Below, one piece after another: positions 1-9,607 of a stretch of 64,000 bases of DNA. Under the pieces are notes generated by a model, which was given only the letters and a program-made list of their open reading frames with translations, was not told the origin of the DNA and did no database searches. The translations under genes were made by a program, and so were the position numbers. Origin of the DNA: Candidatus Latescibacterota bacterium (lineage in GTDB: Bacteria; Latescibacterota; UBA2968; GCA-2709665); NCBI GenBank assembly GCA_021295655.1, contig JAGWBX010000013.1, positions 876 to 64,875 of the forward strand. The letters are read 5' to 3'. Each line of letters starts with the position of its first letter. The stretch's first letter is position 1.

Positions 1-1205
1 ATCTCGTCCAGCGAGACTTCCCTTCCGAGCAGTCCCGACTCCAGAATCGCGTAGCTCAGGGCCAGGTCGATCGTCCCCTCATCCCCCGACATCCGTACCG
101 GCGAACCGTCGCGGATCGCCAGCAGCCAGTCCAGGTTCTCCAGCGCGAATGGATCGGTGATCCCGCCGGGCATCGCTTCGTCCCGGTCCCGTTCCGCGGC
201 CTCTCGCCGGAACCGGCGCAGGACGTCTTCCCCGTTTCCGTCCCCCGCGAAGATCTTCCCGTCCGACAACGCCCCCGTACTGCCGAATACGTTGGTTCCA
301 CCCGGAACCCCGATCTGCGTGCCCCTGGCGCTGCGGGCCACCGCGATGTGCCCGATCGCTCCGTTCGCAAGCCGGAAATTGGAAAAGAACGCGTCGTCCA
401 CCTGGTTCTCAACCTCGTCTGCAACCCCGCGGTCGTCGTCCGACATCAGCACCCGGACCGGCTCCAGAATACGCCACAGGGCCTGCACCGAATGCACCGG
501 TCCGCAGATCGTACGAACGCCATTGAAGAGATGTACGCCCAGATCGATCGACACCCCGCCCCCGGCGCCCAGCTTTGACTGCCTCCACGGCGTGCGTGCG
601 GCAACCAGATCAGGCCGGTGGGACCGGAACCCGATCACGCCGCGGTAGACCATCTGCACGTCACCGATCAATCCCTCCGTGACGGCCCATCGGTTCGCAC
701 GCACCGCGGGCGTGAAATTCACGTTTTCCGCAACGCTCAACACCGTGTTCGTCTCCGAAGCCACCTCACACATCTGCTGGGCGGCCCTGACCGAAATCGC
801 CATCGGCTTTTCGACCGTCACGTGCATGCCGGCCCGCATGGCATCGATGGCGATGGTGTGATGCGTATCGTGTCCCGTCAGAATGCATACCGCGTCGACC
901 GGTCCGCGTACCAGCATCTCGCGATAATCCGTGTAAACCGCCGTTTCCTGACCGGGATGCAGGTCGCTGATGTACGCGTGCGGCGCGTTCAGCGGGTCAC
1001 CCGGGGCCTCCACCGGCGCCGGTCTGGGACCCGGGCCTTCGCCACGCGTTCGAAAGCGGAGGGCGTCCTCACGTTTCCTTGCGCACAGCGCCGTCACCCG
1101 GAAGAGATCCCCGAACCCGGCTTCCTGCAACGTTCGGAACCCGCGCAGGTGTGCGTTCAGGATTCGCCCGCAGCCGATCACGCCAATCCGGATTACAGAA
1201 GACAT
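1..1205 (-). CDS. Gfo/Idh/MocA family oxidoreductase (3' end runs off the window)
   Basis: Not in the ORF track. Hand translation from ATG 1205 gives MSSVIRIGVIGCGRIL...HVTVEKPMA...DLALSYAILES, with a Rossmann GxGxI motif and EKP motif; GGAG RBS upstream. Confidence 0.85.
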   Translation of the reverse strand, partial: MSSVIRIGVIGCGRILNAHLRGFRTLQEAGFGDLFRVTALCARKREDALRFRTRGEGPGPRPAPVEAPGDPLNAPHAYISDLHPGQETAVYTDYREMLVRGPVDAVCILTGHDTHHTIAIDAMRAGMHVTVEKPMAISVRAAQQMCEVASETNTVLSVAENVNFTPAVRANRWAVTEGLIGDVQMVYRGVIGFRSHRPDLVAARTPWRQSKLGAGGGVSIDLGVHLFNGVRTICGPVHSVQALWRILEPVRVLMSDDDRGVADEVENQVDDAFFSNFRLANGAIGHIAVARSARGTQIGVPGGTNVFGSTGALSDGKIFAGDGNGEDVLRRFRREAAERDRDEAMPGGITDPFALENLDWLLAIRDGSPVRMSGDEGTIDLALSYAILESGLLGREVSLDE

Positions 1206-1311
1206 CAGGATCTCCATTATACGATTGAAGTGGCAGACCTCACGCCAAACGCGGATCCGAGGGCATCATCCGCGTGCCGACGCACCGGTCACATGGCCCG
1301 GCAAGTCGCCA

Positions 1312-2292
1312 TCAGATCCAGCCCGGCGTACCGATGGTATCCGCGATCGGGATCGCCCGTTCAAGTTCCGCATCCGTCAACGATGGCATTTCTGCAGTGC
1401 CGGCGTTTTCATCCACCTGCCGGCGGTTTTTGGCGCCGGCAATCACGCAGGACACACCCGGGTGATCCAGCACGAAACGCAGGGCCGCCTGTGCCATGGT
1501 TCGCGTCCGGTTCTGCAGAAACAGCAACTGCGGCAGCCGCTTCAGTCCATCGACCGTCTCGGGTTTGTTGAACCGTTCGTACCGCACGTCGTTTTCCGGG
1601 ATCGTCCGTGCTTCCGCTCCGAAATACTTGCCCGTCAGTTGCCCCTTTGCCAGCGGCACGCGAATCAACGTACCGATATTCTCCGCCTTCGCCCAGTGCA
1701 GAAACCCATCCGCCGTGCGTTCGAGCAGATTATAACCCACCTGCAGCATATGGACAGACCCGAACGCCCGGAGCCTCTCCACGGCTTGCCTGTCATTGGT
1801 GGAAATGCCGTACCACCGCACCTTGCCGGCCTGCCTGAGCTTCGCCAGCGTGTCCATTATCGTTGGCATCGCCCACTCGTAAGGCACGGCGTGCAACTGG
1901 TAGACGTCTATGTGGTCCATCGCCAACCGTTTGAGGCTGAGCTCACACGCCTCTGTAATTCGACGCCGCACCGCGGACACGTCCCGTGATTCAGGATCGA
2001 TGCCCGCGTTCGGCTGGACCTTCGTGGCCACAATCCATTTGTCTTTCCGTCCTCGCAGCGCTTTGCCCGTGAGAACCTCGCTGTGCCCGTCGCCATAGCT
2101 TTCAGCGGAATCGATCAGATTGATGCCGAGTTCCTCGCAGCGATGAATCAGCGCAATCGACTCGGAGTCCCCGGTTCCGGTCCATCCGAACCGCGTACCG
2201 TCGGCCTGCCGCTGCATCCCCGAAATGGGAAACGCGCCGAGGCCGATTTCCGAGACCGTCAGTCCGGTCTGTCCCAGCGTACGGTATTTCAT
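1312..2292 (-). CDS. aldo/keto reductase
   Basis: MKYRTLGQTGLTVSEIGLG, DSAESYG, ATK, IDVYQLH motifs; start trimmed to ATG 2292, which overlaps the upstream stop (ATGA). Confidence 0.92.
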   Translation of the reverse strand: MKYRTLGQTGLTVSEIGLGAFPISGMQRQADGTRFGWTGTGDSESIALIHRCEELGINLIDSAESYGDGHSEVLTGKALRGRKDKWIVATKVQPNAGIDPESRDVSAVRRRITEACELSLKRLAMDHIDVYQLHAVPYEWAMPTIMDTLAKLRQAGKVRWYGISTNDRQAVERLRAFGSVHMLQVGYNLLERTADGFLHWAKAENIGTLIRVPLAKGQLTGKYFGAEARTIPENDVRYERFNKPETVDGLKRLPQLLFLQNRTRTMAQAALRFVLDHPGVSCVIAGAKNRRQVDENAGTAEMPSLTDAELERAIPIADTIGTPGWI

Positions 2293-3851
2293 CGCACATC
2301 CTCCTCCAGGACCGCCCTGGTTTCGACTCCCGGCGGGAGGGAAACCTCCTGCCACGCCGCTCCCGGCCGCCGCCACGAGACGGCCTCCTCCGAGTCGCCA
2401 CCGTTGCAGATCCGCACGTTTCCAGTTGACGGGCCGGGCGGGACGACCAGCGAGACCACCCGTTCGGGCAGACCGTACTCGCCTCCAGACCTGCGGAATT
2501 CCACCGCGGGCATCAACGCGCCCAGGCGTTCCGCGGCGCCAAGCAACAGGGGCCCGTAACACCCGGTCACGGCTCCCGAACCCCAGTTTCGACCGTGGCC
2601 CGCCGCCACGGAGCAGACCGCCCCGCCCATGTCCGCGTGCTCCCTTCCACCCCTCAACACACGTCGCGCCACTTTCAGCTTCCGCGCCGCCTGCTTCAAT
2701 GCCCGCGATGCAAACGTCACGTCGCCGGTTATCTGGTAGGCAAGCGTCAACGCAGCCGTACACGGCTCGCGCGTCGGCGCGACGTGGTCCATGCCATCAG
2801 TCTGCACGCCCCAGTGCAGCATATCCGCCCGCTTCCCCACGCCGGGAAAGACCATCCGTGGAACCTCGGGCGCCATCAGCACGAGTTCGCCGGGTTCCTC
2901 GTCCGAAAGCCGCCGGACCATTTCCCGGATCCGGCCGTCCAGCGTATCGTCGCCAAAGGCGCAGCGGTAGAAGGACACGGCTGCGGCGCCGGGATCGCAA
3001 TAGGGGTCGTGAAGCATGCCGACGAGAGGCTCGACAATCCGAAATCCCGCGTCGCGAAATACCTTCTCGCCGGACAGCAGAAACAGATCGCCCAGCGCGT
3101 GGACGGCGCCTGAGGCAAGCAGCACCTCCACGCCCCTTGCCGGGCCGTCCGGCAGATGGTGGCTTGCGGCGCTCATCCGACGCTGCGATTCCGTATACTC
3201 GCATTCGCTCAGAGGCCGTCCGTCCGGCCCCCACATCACGGGTAGTTCCCCGTCAGCCGCGGCCACGATCATCTCCGCGCGGCGCCTTCCGTACCGCAAC
3301 GCCCAGTCCAGGTACCGATCCTGTTTCAGCACGCGGTAAGCCGCCAGGGCAATGTGAATGAACCGGAAGTGCTCCGCCAGTTCCACCGCGTGCTCCGGAT
3401 CCCGCCCCACGGTCCGTGTACCGATGTGGTATCCGAAGAACCGGTTCCGGTCCCAGTCGAACCACGCCGGAATCCCCTTCTCCCAGTTCCCGATGTGTTC
3501 GGCCGCATCCGCAAGCAGTCTCGCACCGACCCGGTCCTCCGGAAACAGACCCAGATAGCGCGGGAGAAAGAGCAGGAACGGCTCGGTGCCATGATGCGCC
3601 TCCGCCTCCGGCTCGTAGCCGTGCAGACATTCGCGCCGGACCCAACCCGCAAGCTGATCCCGGAGATACTCGAAATGCTCCACGACCGCCCGATCGCCCG
3701 TTGCAAGAAAGTGCGGGAACCAGGCCAGAGCGTAGTTGGCTTCGTCCTCGCCGCCGCCGTGTCTGCCCGGCGGATCCATGCGCCGGCTCTGCGCCAACCA
3801 GGCGTCCATCTCCTTCCGGAGAGCGGCATAGTATCGAAAACAGGCCTGCAT
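2289..3851 (-). CDS. hypothetical protein, probable (alpha/alpha) toroid glycosidase/epimerase-like fold
   Basis: 520-aa ORF tightly coupled between mgtE and the AKR; repeated helical motifs such as 'LAAYRVLKQDRYLDWA'. Fold is inference. Confidence 0.65.
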   Translation of the reverse strand: MQACFRYYAALRKEMDAWLAQSRRMDPPGRHGGGEDEANYALAWFPHFLATGDRAVVEHFEYLRDQLAGWVRRECLHGYEPEAEAHHGTEPFLLFLPRYLGLFPEDRVGARLLADAAEHIGNWEKGIPAWFDWDRNRFFGYHIGTRTVGRDPEHAVELAEHFRFIHIALAAYRVLKQDRYLDWALRYGRRRAEMIVAAADGELPVMWGPDGRPLSECEYTESQRRMSAASHHLPDGPARGVEVLLASGAVHALGDLFLLSGEKVFRDAGFRIVEPLVGMLHDPYCDPGAAAVSFYRCAFGDDTLDGRIREMVRRLSDEEPGELVLMAPEVPRMVFPGVGKRADMLHWGVQTDGMDHVAPTREPCTAALTLAYQITGDVTFASRALKQAARKLKVARRVLRGGREHADMGGAVCSVAAGHGRNWGSGAVTGCYGPLLLGAAERLGALMPAVEFRRSGGEYGLPERVVSLVVPPGPSTGNVRICNGGDSEEAVSWRRPGAAWQEVSLPPGVETRAVLEEDVR

Positions 3852-3858
3852 ATGCGGT

Positions 3859-5250
3859 CTACAAGAGTGTCTGCAGGAGCAGCGTCGCCAACCCCAGGTA
3901 GATCAGGATGCCGGCTACGTCGTTTGCCGTCGTGATAAACGGACCTGAAGCGACGGCCGGGTCGATCCCGATTCGATCGAAGACAATGGGTGTAATCACA
4001 CCGAGCAAGACGGAGAATCCGATGACCAGAAACATCGCCGCGCCAACGCAGATCCCGACAAGCGCCTGCCCGAACCATAGCCAGGCGACCGCACTCGCGG
4101 CCAGCCCGCACGCCAGCCCGATCAACGCGCCCGCGCCAACCTCCCGGAAGACCATTTTGAACATCAGACCCGAAGAAAGGCGGCCCGTTACCAGGCTCCT
4201 GACGGTCACCGTTGAAGCCTGCAGACCGCTGTTTCCTCCGGTTGCCATGATCACCGGAATGAACGACGCCAGGGTAATGGCCCGTTCGAGCGTCACTTCA
4301 AACCGGTGAATGACCAGGCCGGCCAGGAAACTCCCCAGCAGGCACATCAGGAGCCATGGCAGTCGGGTGAACGCCACACGCACCACCGAAGGCCGCTCGA
4401 TTTCGACGTCGCTGGTGCCCGCCATCTTGTAGATGTCTTCTGTCGCTTCCTCAATGATCACATCCATCACGTCGTCGACGGTAATCTGACCGATGACGCG
4501 CCCGCCGCGGTCCACCACGGGCATGGCCACGAGATCGTACCTCGCAAAGAACCGAGCAATGTCCTCCTGGTCGGTCTCAGGCGTCACGCTGATCACGTCC
4601 GTATCCATCAACCGGCCCATCGCGGCGGCGGGCGGCGCGGTGACCAGCAGATGCAGCGGCACAACGCCCTGCAACTTTCCTTCGGCATTCACCACGTACA
4701 AATTCAGGATCTCCGCCGACGCGGCTTCCCGACGCAACGTTTCGATCACTTCGAGGGCCGTGGACGAGACGTCAGCAAGGACCAGCCGCGGCGTCATCAA
4801 GCCGCCCCCCGAGTCCTCGTCGTGGGCCATCAAAGCCTGAACTTCCCGAGCCTCCTCCGACGCCATCAAACCCAGGACCTCTCCCGCGTCCTCCTCCTCC
4901 AGATCGGACAGCACGTCGGCCGCGTCATCCGGCGCCATCTCCTCAACCAGCCCGGACAGGGTCTCCGGTTTCAGGTCTTCGGCGATGGCGCGGGTGGTGA
5001 AGACGTCCGATTCGGCCAACACCTCAACCCCCAGGCCGTCCTGAAGCAGACCGAACACGATTTCCCGCGTACCGTCGTCCAGCCTGCGGATGAGGTCTGC
5101 CACGTCAGCCGCACGCTGCGCGTTCAATACGCGGGCAAGGGCTTTCCGGTCGTCAAGCGCGAGGAGTTCGGTTGTGAGTTCCAACAGCGCATCGATACGC
5201 GCCGCTGTCCCCCCGCCCGATGATTCGAATGTTCCGTAATCGTCCGCCAC
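3859..5250 (-). CDS. mgtE: magnesium transporter MgtE
   Basis: N-terminal MgtE domain, CBS pair, RLPWL, GGNSGLQ and DPAVASGPFITTAND motifs. Confidence 0.95.
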   Translation of the reverse strand: MADDYGTFESSGGGTAARIDALLELTTELLALDDRKALARVLNAQRAADVADLIRRLDDGTREIVFGLLQDGLGVEVLAESDVFTTRAIAEDLKPETLSGLVEEMAPDDAADVLSDLEEEDAGEVLGLMASEEAREVQALMAHDEDSGGGLMTPRLVLADVSSTALEVIETLRREAASAEILNLYVVNAEGKLQGVVPLHLLVTAPPAAAMGRLMDTDVISVTPETDQEDIARFFARYDLVAMPVVDRGGRVIGQITVDDVMDVIIEEATEDIYKMAGTSDVEIERPSVVRVAFTRLPWLLMCLLGSFLAGLVIHRFEVTLERAITLASFIPVIMATGGNSGLQASTVTVRSLVTGRLSSGLMFKMVFREVGAGALIGLACGLAASAVAWLWFGQALVGICVGAAMFLVIGFSVLLGVITPIVFDRIGIDPAVASGPFITTANDVAGILIYLGLATLLLQTLL

Positions 5251-5261
5251 AACGTCCTCTG

Positions 5262-6629
5262 TCAGGAGATCCGCTTCAGACCCATTTCGAACGCCGATAC
5301 AATCCGATCCGCTTCCTTTCGCGTCAAAATCAAGGGCGGCGCCAGGAAGAAAATACTCTCGGGGCCGTGCGTCACGTGGCTCATGCGTCCCACGATTACG
5401 CCCTGATCAACGATGCCGGCCTGTACCGCCGCGACCCGAGACGAGTCCAGCATATCGCCGTTCTGAGCCGCAAGTTCGACGGCGATCATCAGGCCCTTGC
5501 CCCGCACTTCGCCGATAAACGGAGAATCCAGTTGTTCCAATGCATCCAGAAGGTATGCGCCAACTTCCGCGGAATTCTCCCAGAGTCGTTCGGCCGTCAG
5601 AATGTCCAGATTCGCCAGGGCCGCCGTACAGCAGACCGGATGCCCGCCATAGGTGGCCACCGAGGAGAATTCCCGGTGCTCACCGGGTTCCCCCTTGAAG
5701 GTTTCGAACACCTCCGGCGTCACCGCACACGCACCGAGAGGCAGATAACCGCTGGACACGCCCTTCGCCATGGTCATCATGTCCGGGACCACACCCCAGT
5801 GCTCGGCGGCAAACAGCTTGCCTGTCCGGCCGAAGCCCGTTATCACTTCGTCGAGGATCAGCAGCACGCCGTATTGGTCACAGATTTCGCGAAGGCGCGG
5901 CAGGTACCCGTCCGGCGGGATGATCACGCCGCCGCCGCCGATGATCGGCTCGGCGATGACCGCCGCAACCGTTGTCGGGTCCTCCTGTACAATAACTTCT
6001 TCGACCTCGTTCGCACACGCCACGCCGCCGTCGGGATAGGTCAGTTTAGACCCAAAGCGAAAAGACCACGGCGGATTCACATGAATAAAGCCCGGCATCA
6101 GGGGTTCGAACCCGGCCCGCCTGGCAACCTGTCCCGTCGCGGACATGGCGCCAAAGGTGAACCCGTGATACCCCCGGTATCTCGCAATCACCTTGAACCG
6201 GTTCTCGCCCGGGTATTTCTGCCGGCCATACTGCCTGGCAATCTTCAGCGCGGTCTCGTTCGCTTCCGATCCGCTGTTCGAAAAAAAGAGATGGTTCAGA
6301 TCCCCGGGCAGAAGATCAGCCAGCCTGGATGCGAGCTTCGCGGCGGGAAGATTTACGTGCAGATGCGGATAGTACGAAAGCTGCAGCATCTGTTCGTACA
6401 CGGCTTCCGCGATCTCCCGGCGGCCGTATCCGACGTTGACGTTCCACAGCCCCGCGTAAGCATCCAGGAACTCCCGGCCCTCCGCGTCCACGACCGTGGT
6501 TCCCTTTGCCTTGTGGATCACCATCAGATCGCGGTGCTCCAGCGACCGGTGCTGTAACATCGGATGCCACACGTGCGCGCGGTCCTGCGCCCGAATCTCA
6601 CGAGCATCCAGTTGACGTTTGTCCTCCAT
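5262..6629 (-). CDS. class III PLP-dependent aminotransferase (omega-amino acid/diamine type)
   Basis: SGSEANE, GYHG, DEVITGFGRTG, MAKG (PLP lysine) and TYGGHP motifs. Confidence 0.93.
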   Translation of the reverse strand: MEDKRQLDAREIRAQDRAHVWHPMLQHRSLEHRDLMVIHKAKGTTVVDAEGREFLDAYAGLWNVNVGYGRREIAEAVYEQMLQLSYYPHLHVNLPAAKLASRLADLLPGDLNHLFFSNSGSEANETALKIARQYGRQKYPGENRFKVIARYRGYHGFTFGAMSATGQVARRAGFEPLMPGFIHVNPPWSFRFGSKLTYPDGGVACANEVEEVIVQEDPTTVAAVIAEPIIGGGGVIIPPDGYLPRLREICDQYGVLLILDEVITGFGRTGKLFAAEHWGVVPDMMTMAKGVSSGYLPLGACAVTPEVFETFKGEPGEHREFSSVATYGGHPVCCTAALANLDILTAERLWENSAEVGAYLLDALEQLDSPFIGEVRGKGLMIAVELAAQNGDMLDSSRVAAVQAGIVDQGVIVGRMSHVTHGPESIFFLAPPLILTRKEADRIVSAFEMGLKRIS

Positions 6630-6662
6630 CGAATTCTCCCGTTCAAAACCACGTTATTCGCC

Positions 6663-6691
6663 TTGACTCCCGAGGGTCTGGGATCTACTTT
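6663..6691 (+). promoter_or_regulatory. sigma-70-type promoter for the flavoprotein gene
   Basis: TTGACT-N17-TACTTT. Confidence 0.5.
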
Positions 6692-6902
6692 GTAGCCGCT
6701 CCTTCAAGAGCAACATCATACGGTTTTCAATGGCTGAAGTCAAGGTCAACGCCCAAGTTCACGTCCGCCCCTTCCACGCCTCGGATCGATCGCTTCCCCT
6801 GAATTTACGCACCGCCGGGGGCCCGCCTGATCTCCTCATGCGGGTGTATGACAATCGAATCTCACTGCGCATGGCGGACCCTCCGAGGTTACGGGAAATT
6901 CC

Positions 6903-8207
6903 ATGGCCGCACCCGAACACCATACCGTTATCATCGTGGGCGGTGGCCCGGCGGGTCTTCCACTTGCCGTCGTCCTCGGCGGGTGGCACCCGTATTATCG
7001 CGGCGGCGACCTTTTCAGTAGTCGATACGAGCAGGTCGACCGCTACCTTCGCAGCAAAAACGGCACGCTGCTGGGCCTCGACTTCAGAGCCGTAACGAAC
7101 GCCGGCATCCGTCCGGCGGACCTGTTTCGCATTCTGCACCATCCGGGGCAGAAGTTCCGCGGTGAGGGTGAAATCGCGCTGGATTTCCGCAGACGCCAAC
7201 CCGTCGACGTATTGCTGATCACACGGGAAGAGGTTGGCGGCGTGTGGAACAGCGTTCCGGAAAACATGCTTACGCTGTCACCGGGGCAATGGATGGAATT
7301 CGCCTTTCATCCGCTCGACCGGCATTGCCGCGAACAACGAATCGATCTTGACGTCAATGCACTGATTGCCAAAAGACACCTGATTGACTACTACCACGCC
7401 GTGCCGCGCCGCTTCGAAGTCGCCGACCGCATACGCACACACGAAGAAGTGACCCGCATCCTGCCTCACGACGCCGGCTTTCTGCTCACGTCCCGCGTTG
7501 TCGGCACGGATATCACCCGCCGTTACACGTGCAAGTACCTGGTCTATGCGGTGGGACAGCGTTGCATTCTGCGACAACTCAACGTGCCCGGCGAAAACCT
7601 TCCGTTCGTGACTTCAGGCTACGATCAACCCGGGAGCTATCCCGGCGAACGCATACTTGTCGTGGGCGGAGGCCGGTCCGCCGACTGGGCGGCAACCGAA
7701 CTGCACGACGCGGGCAGACAGGTCCACTACGTCATGCGCCAGCCTTTCGATCGCCACTGGCGCCTCATATCGGACAGCCGATGGGGCCTCCCTTACTACG
7801 CGCGGATCGCCGAAATCATGGAAAGCCGGTCTCCACGCCTGCATACCCGCTATGAGACCCGTGTCGCGGGTTTTGAACAGGGAGCCTCCGCCGGGCTGGC
7901 CAACCTTTGCCGCAACGGCGAGCGGGAAACGCTGGAAGTCGACCACGCCCTCCTCGAAATCGGCGGCATCGCGGATTACTCCCTGTTCGATGGGTTTCCA
8001 CCCCTTCGCCCGGTGGAAAAGTACGACAATTACCGCTTCCAGGTCCACCAGTTGCCCACCCATCCGCACAACTATGAATCCGCCGCGGTGCCAGGCATGT
8101 ACCCCGGCGGATACCTGGCCGAGGGTCTGGGTCTCGTCGTCATCGGCATGCACGGCACAACCTACGCGATCGCGGGAGACATTCTCCAGAAAGAAGGACG
8201 GCTGTAG
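6903..8207 (+). CDS. FAD/NAD(P)-dependent oxidoreductase, OSGIN1/OSGIN2-like flavin monooxygenase
   Basis: Two GxGxxG/A dinucleotide motifs (VGGGPAG, VGGGRSA); blocks GGVWNSV..MLTLSPGQWM and HPHNYES..PGMYPGG resemble OSGIN from memory. Confidence 0.8.
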   Translation: MAAPEHHTVIIVGGGPAGLPLAVVLGGWHPYYRGGDLFSSRYEQVDRYLRSKNGTLLGLDFRAVTNAGIRPADLFRILHHPGQKFRGEGEIALDFRRRQPVDVLLITREEVGGVWNSVPENMLTLSPGQWMEFAFHPLDRHCREQRIDLDVNALIAKRHLIDYYHAVPRRFEVADRIRTHEEVTRILPHDAGFLLTSRVVGTDITRRYTCKYLVYAVGQRCILRQLNVPGENLPFVTSGYDQPGSYPGERILVVGGGRSADWAATELHDAGRQVHYVMRQPFDRHWRLISDSRWGLPYYARIAEIMESRSPRLHTRYETRVAGFEQGASAGLANLCRNGERETLEVDHALLEIGGIADYSLFDGFPPLRPVEKYDNYRFQVHQLPTHPHNYESAAVPGMYPGGYLAEGLGLVVIGMHGTTYAIAGDILQKEGRL

Positions 8208-8370
8208 GGCTCCCATCAGTTCGGCACGCCGATGCGGGGCATGAGTGAGGCCCCGTCATCCGGCAACCCCTGTAAAATTACCTTGGACATTTCACCGCAC
8301 AGACCTTATTAAAGAAACCCGGGGACCGGGCTAACGTCTATATCCATCTCCAATCGCCTGGAGTCGATTC

Positions 8371-9570
8371 TTGTCCGCCACCATACGCGACCTCATCACC
8401 ATCGTCACCCAGCCCGCGGGATCGCGCCTCATCGTGGTCAAAATCGTCACGTCCCAGCCCGGCCTCTACGGTCTCGGATGCGCCACGTTCACCCAGCGAT
8501 TCCACGCCGTCCATACCGCCCTCGAAAAACACCTGAAACCCTTTCTCATCGGACGGGACGTTGACCGCATCGAAGACATCTGGCAGACGTCCATGGTCAA
8601 CGGTTACTGGCGCAACGGCCCCGTACTCAACAACGCAATTTCCGGCGTCGATATGGCGTTGTGGGATATCAAGGGCAAGCGCGCGGGGATGCCCGTGTAC
8701 CAGCTCCTCGGCGGCAAATGCCGGGAAGCCGCGGCCTGTTACGCACACGCAGACGGACGGGAGAAGAACGAGGTCCTGGACAACGTCCTGAAATTCCATG
8801 AACAGGGCTATCAGCACATCCGCGTGCAGATGGGCGGGTACGGAGGACGGACGTCCCGCCTGCGCGGCCCGGAAGGGGCCCGGGAAGGGTCGTACTACGA
8901 CCCGCGGGAATACGCGCGGGGGGTACTCGACATGATCGGGCATGTCCGCGCAAACACGGCCCCGCACGTCGAACTCCTCCACGACGTTCACGAGCGCCTC
9001 GTACCCATAGACGCAGTTCAGTTCGCGAAAGACGCGGAGCCCTTCAAGCTGTTTTTCCTGGAGGACCCGCTGGCGCCCGAAGACCTGGAATGGTTCCGCA
9101 ACATCCGGCTGCAATGCGCCACGCCGATCGCCATGGGAGAACTCTTCAACCACCCGCGAGAGTGGACGCCGCTCATCCAGGACCGGCTGATCGACTTTGT
9201 CCGAATGCACATCAGCCAGATGGGCGGCCTGACGCCCGCACGCAACGTGGCGGCATTCGCCGACATGTACGGCATTCGCACGGCCTGGCACGGACCGGGT
9301 GACGTTTCGCCGGTCGGCCACGCCGCCAACCTGCATCTGGACCTCTGGGCGCCGAACTTCGGAATCCAGGAGTGGTGCCGCTTCGACGAACGCGTGTACG
9401 AAATCTTCCCCGGCACGCCGGAAGTCAAAGGCGGTTTCATGTATCCCAACGACCGGCCCGGCCTCGGCATCGACGTTAACGAGGAACTCGCATCGAAATA
9501 CCCCTGTCAGAATGAAGTTATAGACTGGACGCAGACCCGCCTGCCCGACGGCTCACCCGCCAGACCCTGA
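8371..9570 (+). CDS. enolase-superfamily sugar-acid dehydratase (ManD/RspA, mannonate dehydratase family)
   Basis: YWRNGP, SGVDMALWDIKGK, LLHDVHER, FFLED, MGELF and WHGPGDVSP motifs; TTG start with GGAG RBS. Confidence 0.92.
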   Translation: MSATIRDLITIVTQPAGSRLIVVKIVTSQPGLYGLGCATFTQRFHAVHTALEKHLKPFLIGRDVDRIEDIWQTSMVNGYWRNGPVLNNAISGVDMALWDIKGKRAGMPVYQLLGGKCREAAACYAHADGREKNEVLDNVLKFHEQGYQHIRVQMGGYGGRTSRLRGPEGAREGSYYDPREYARGVLDMIGHVRANTAPHVELLHDVHERLVPIDAVQFAKDAEPFKLFFLEDPLAPEDLEWFRNIRLQCATPIAMGELFNHPREWTPLIQDRLIDFVRMHISQMGGLTPARNVAAFADMYGIRTAWHGPGDVSPVGHAANLHLDLWAPNFGIQEWCRFDERVYEIFPGTPEVKGGFMYPNDRPGLGIDVNEELASKYPCQNEVIDWTQTRLPDGSPARP

Positions 9571-9607
9571 GTGACCGCAGGCCTGAACCCAACCAAGGAG
9601 GGACGAA

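Noticed and set aside
2293-2763. N-terminal extension of the 483-aa AKR ORF, and similar extensions at 19009, 21086, 28359, 42323, 47105 and 48887
   Set aside because: They overlap real genes or MITEs; family homology and RBSs start at downstream codons.
6095-6125. GGGGTTCGAACCC tRNA T-arm-like motif
   Set aside because: Lies inside the aminotransferase CDS (antisense) with no cloverleaf.
5220-6557. Long antisense ORFs (also 23457-24920, 54197-55591, 46894-47964, 2225-3361)
   Set aside because: Shadow ORFs typical of high-GC codon bias opposite well-supported genes; no recognisable motifs.
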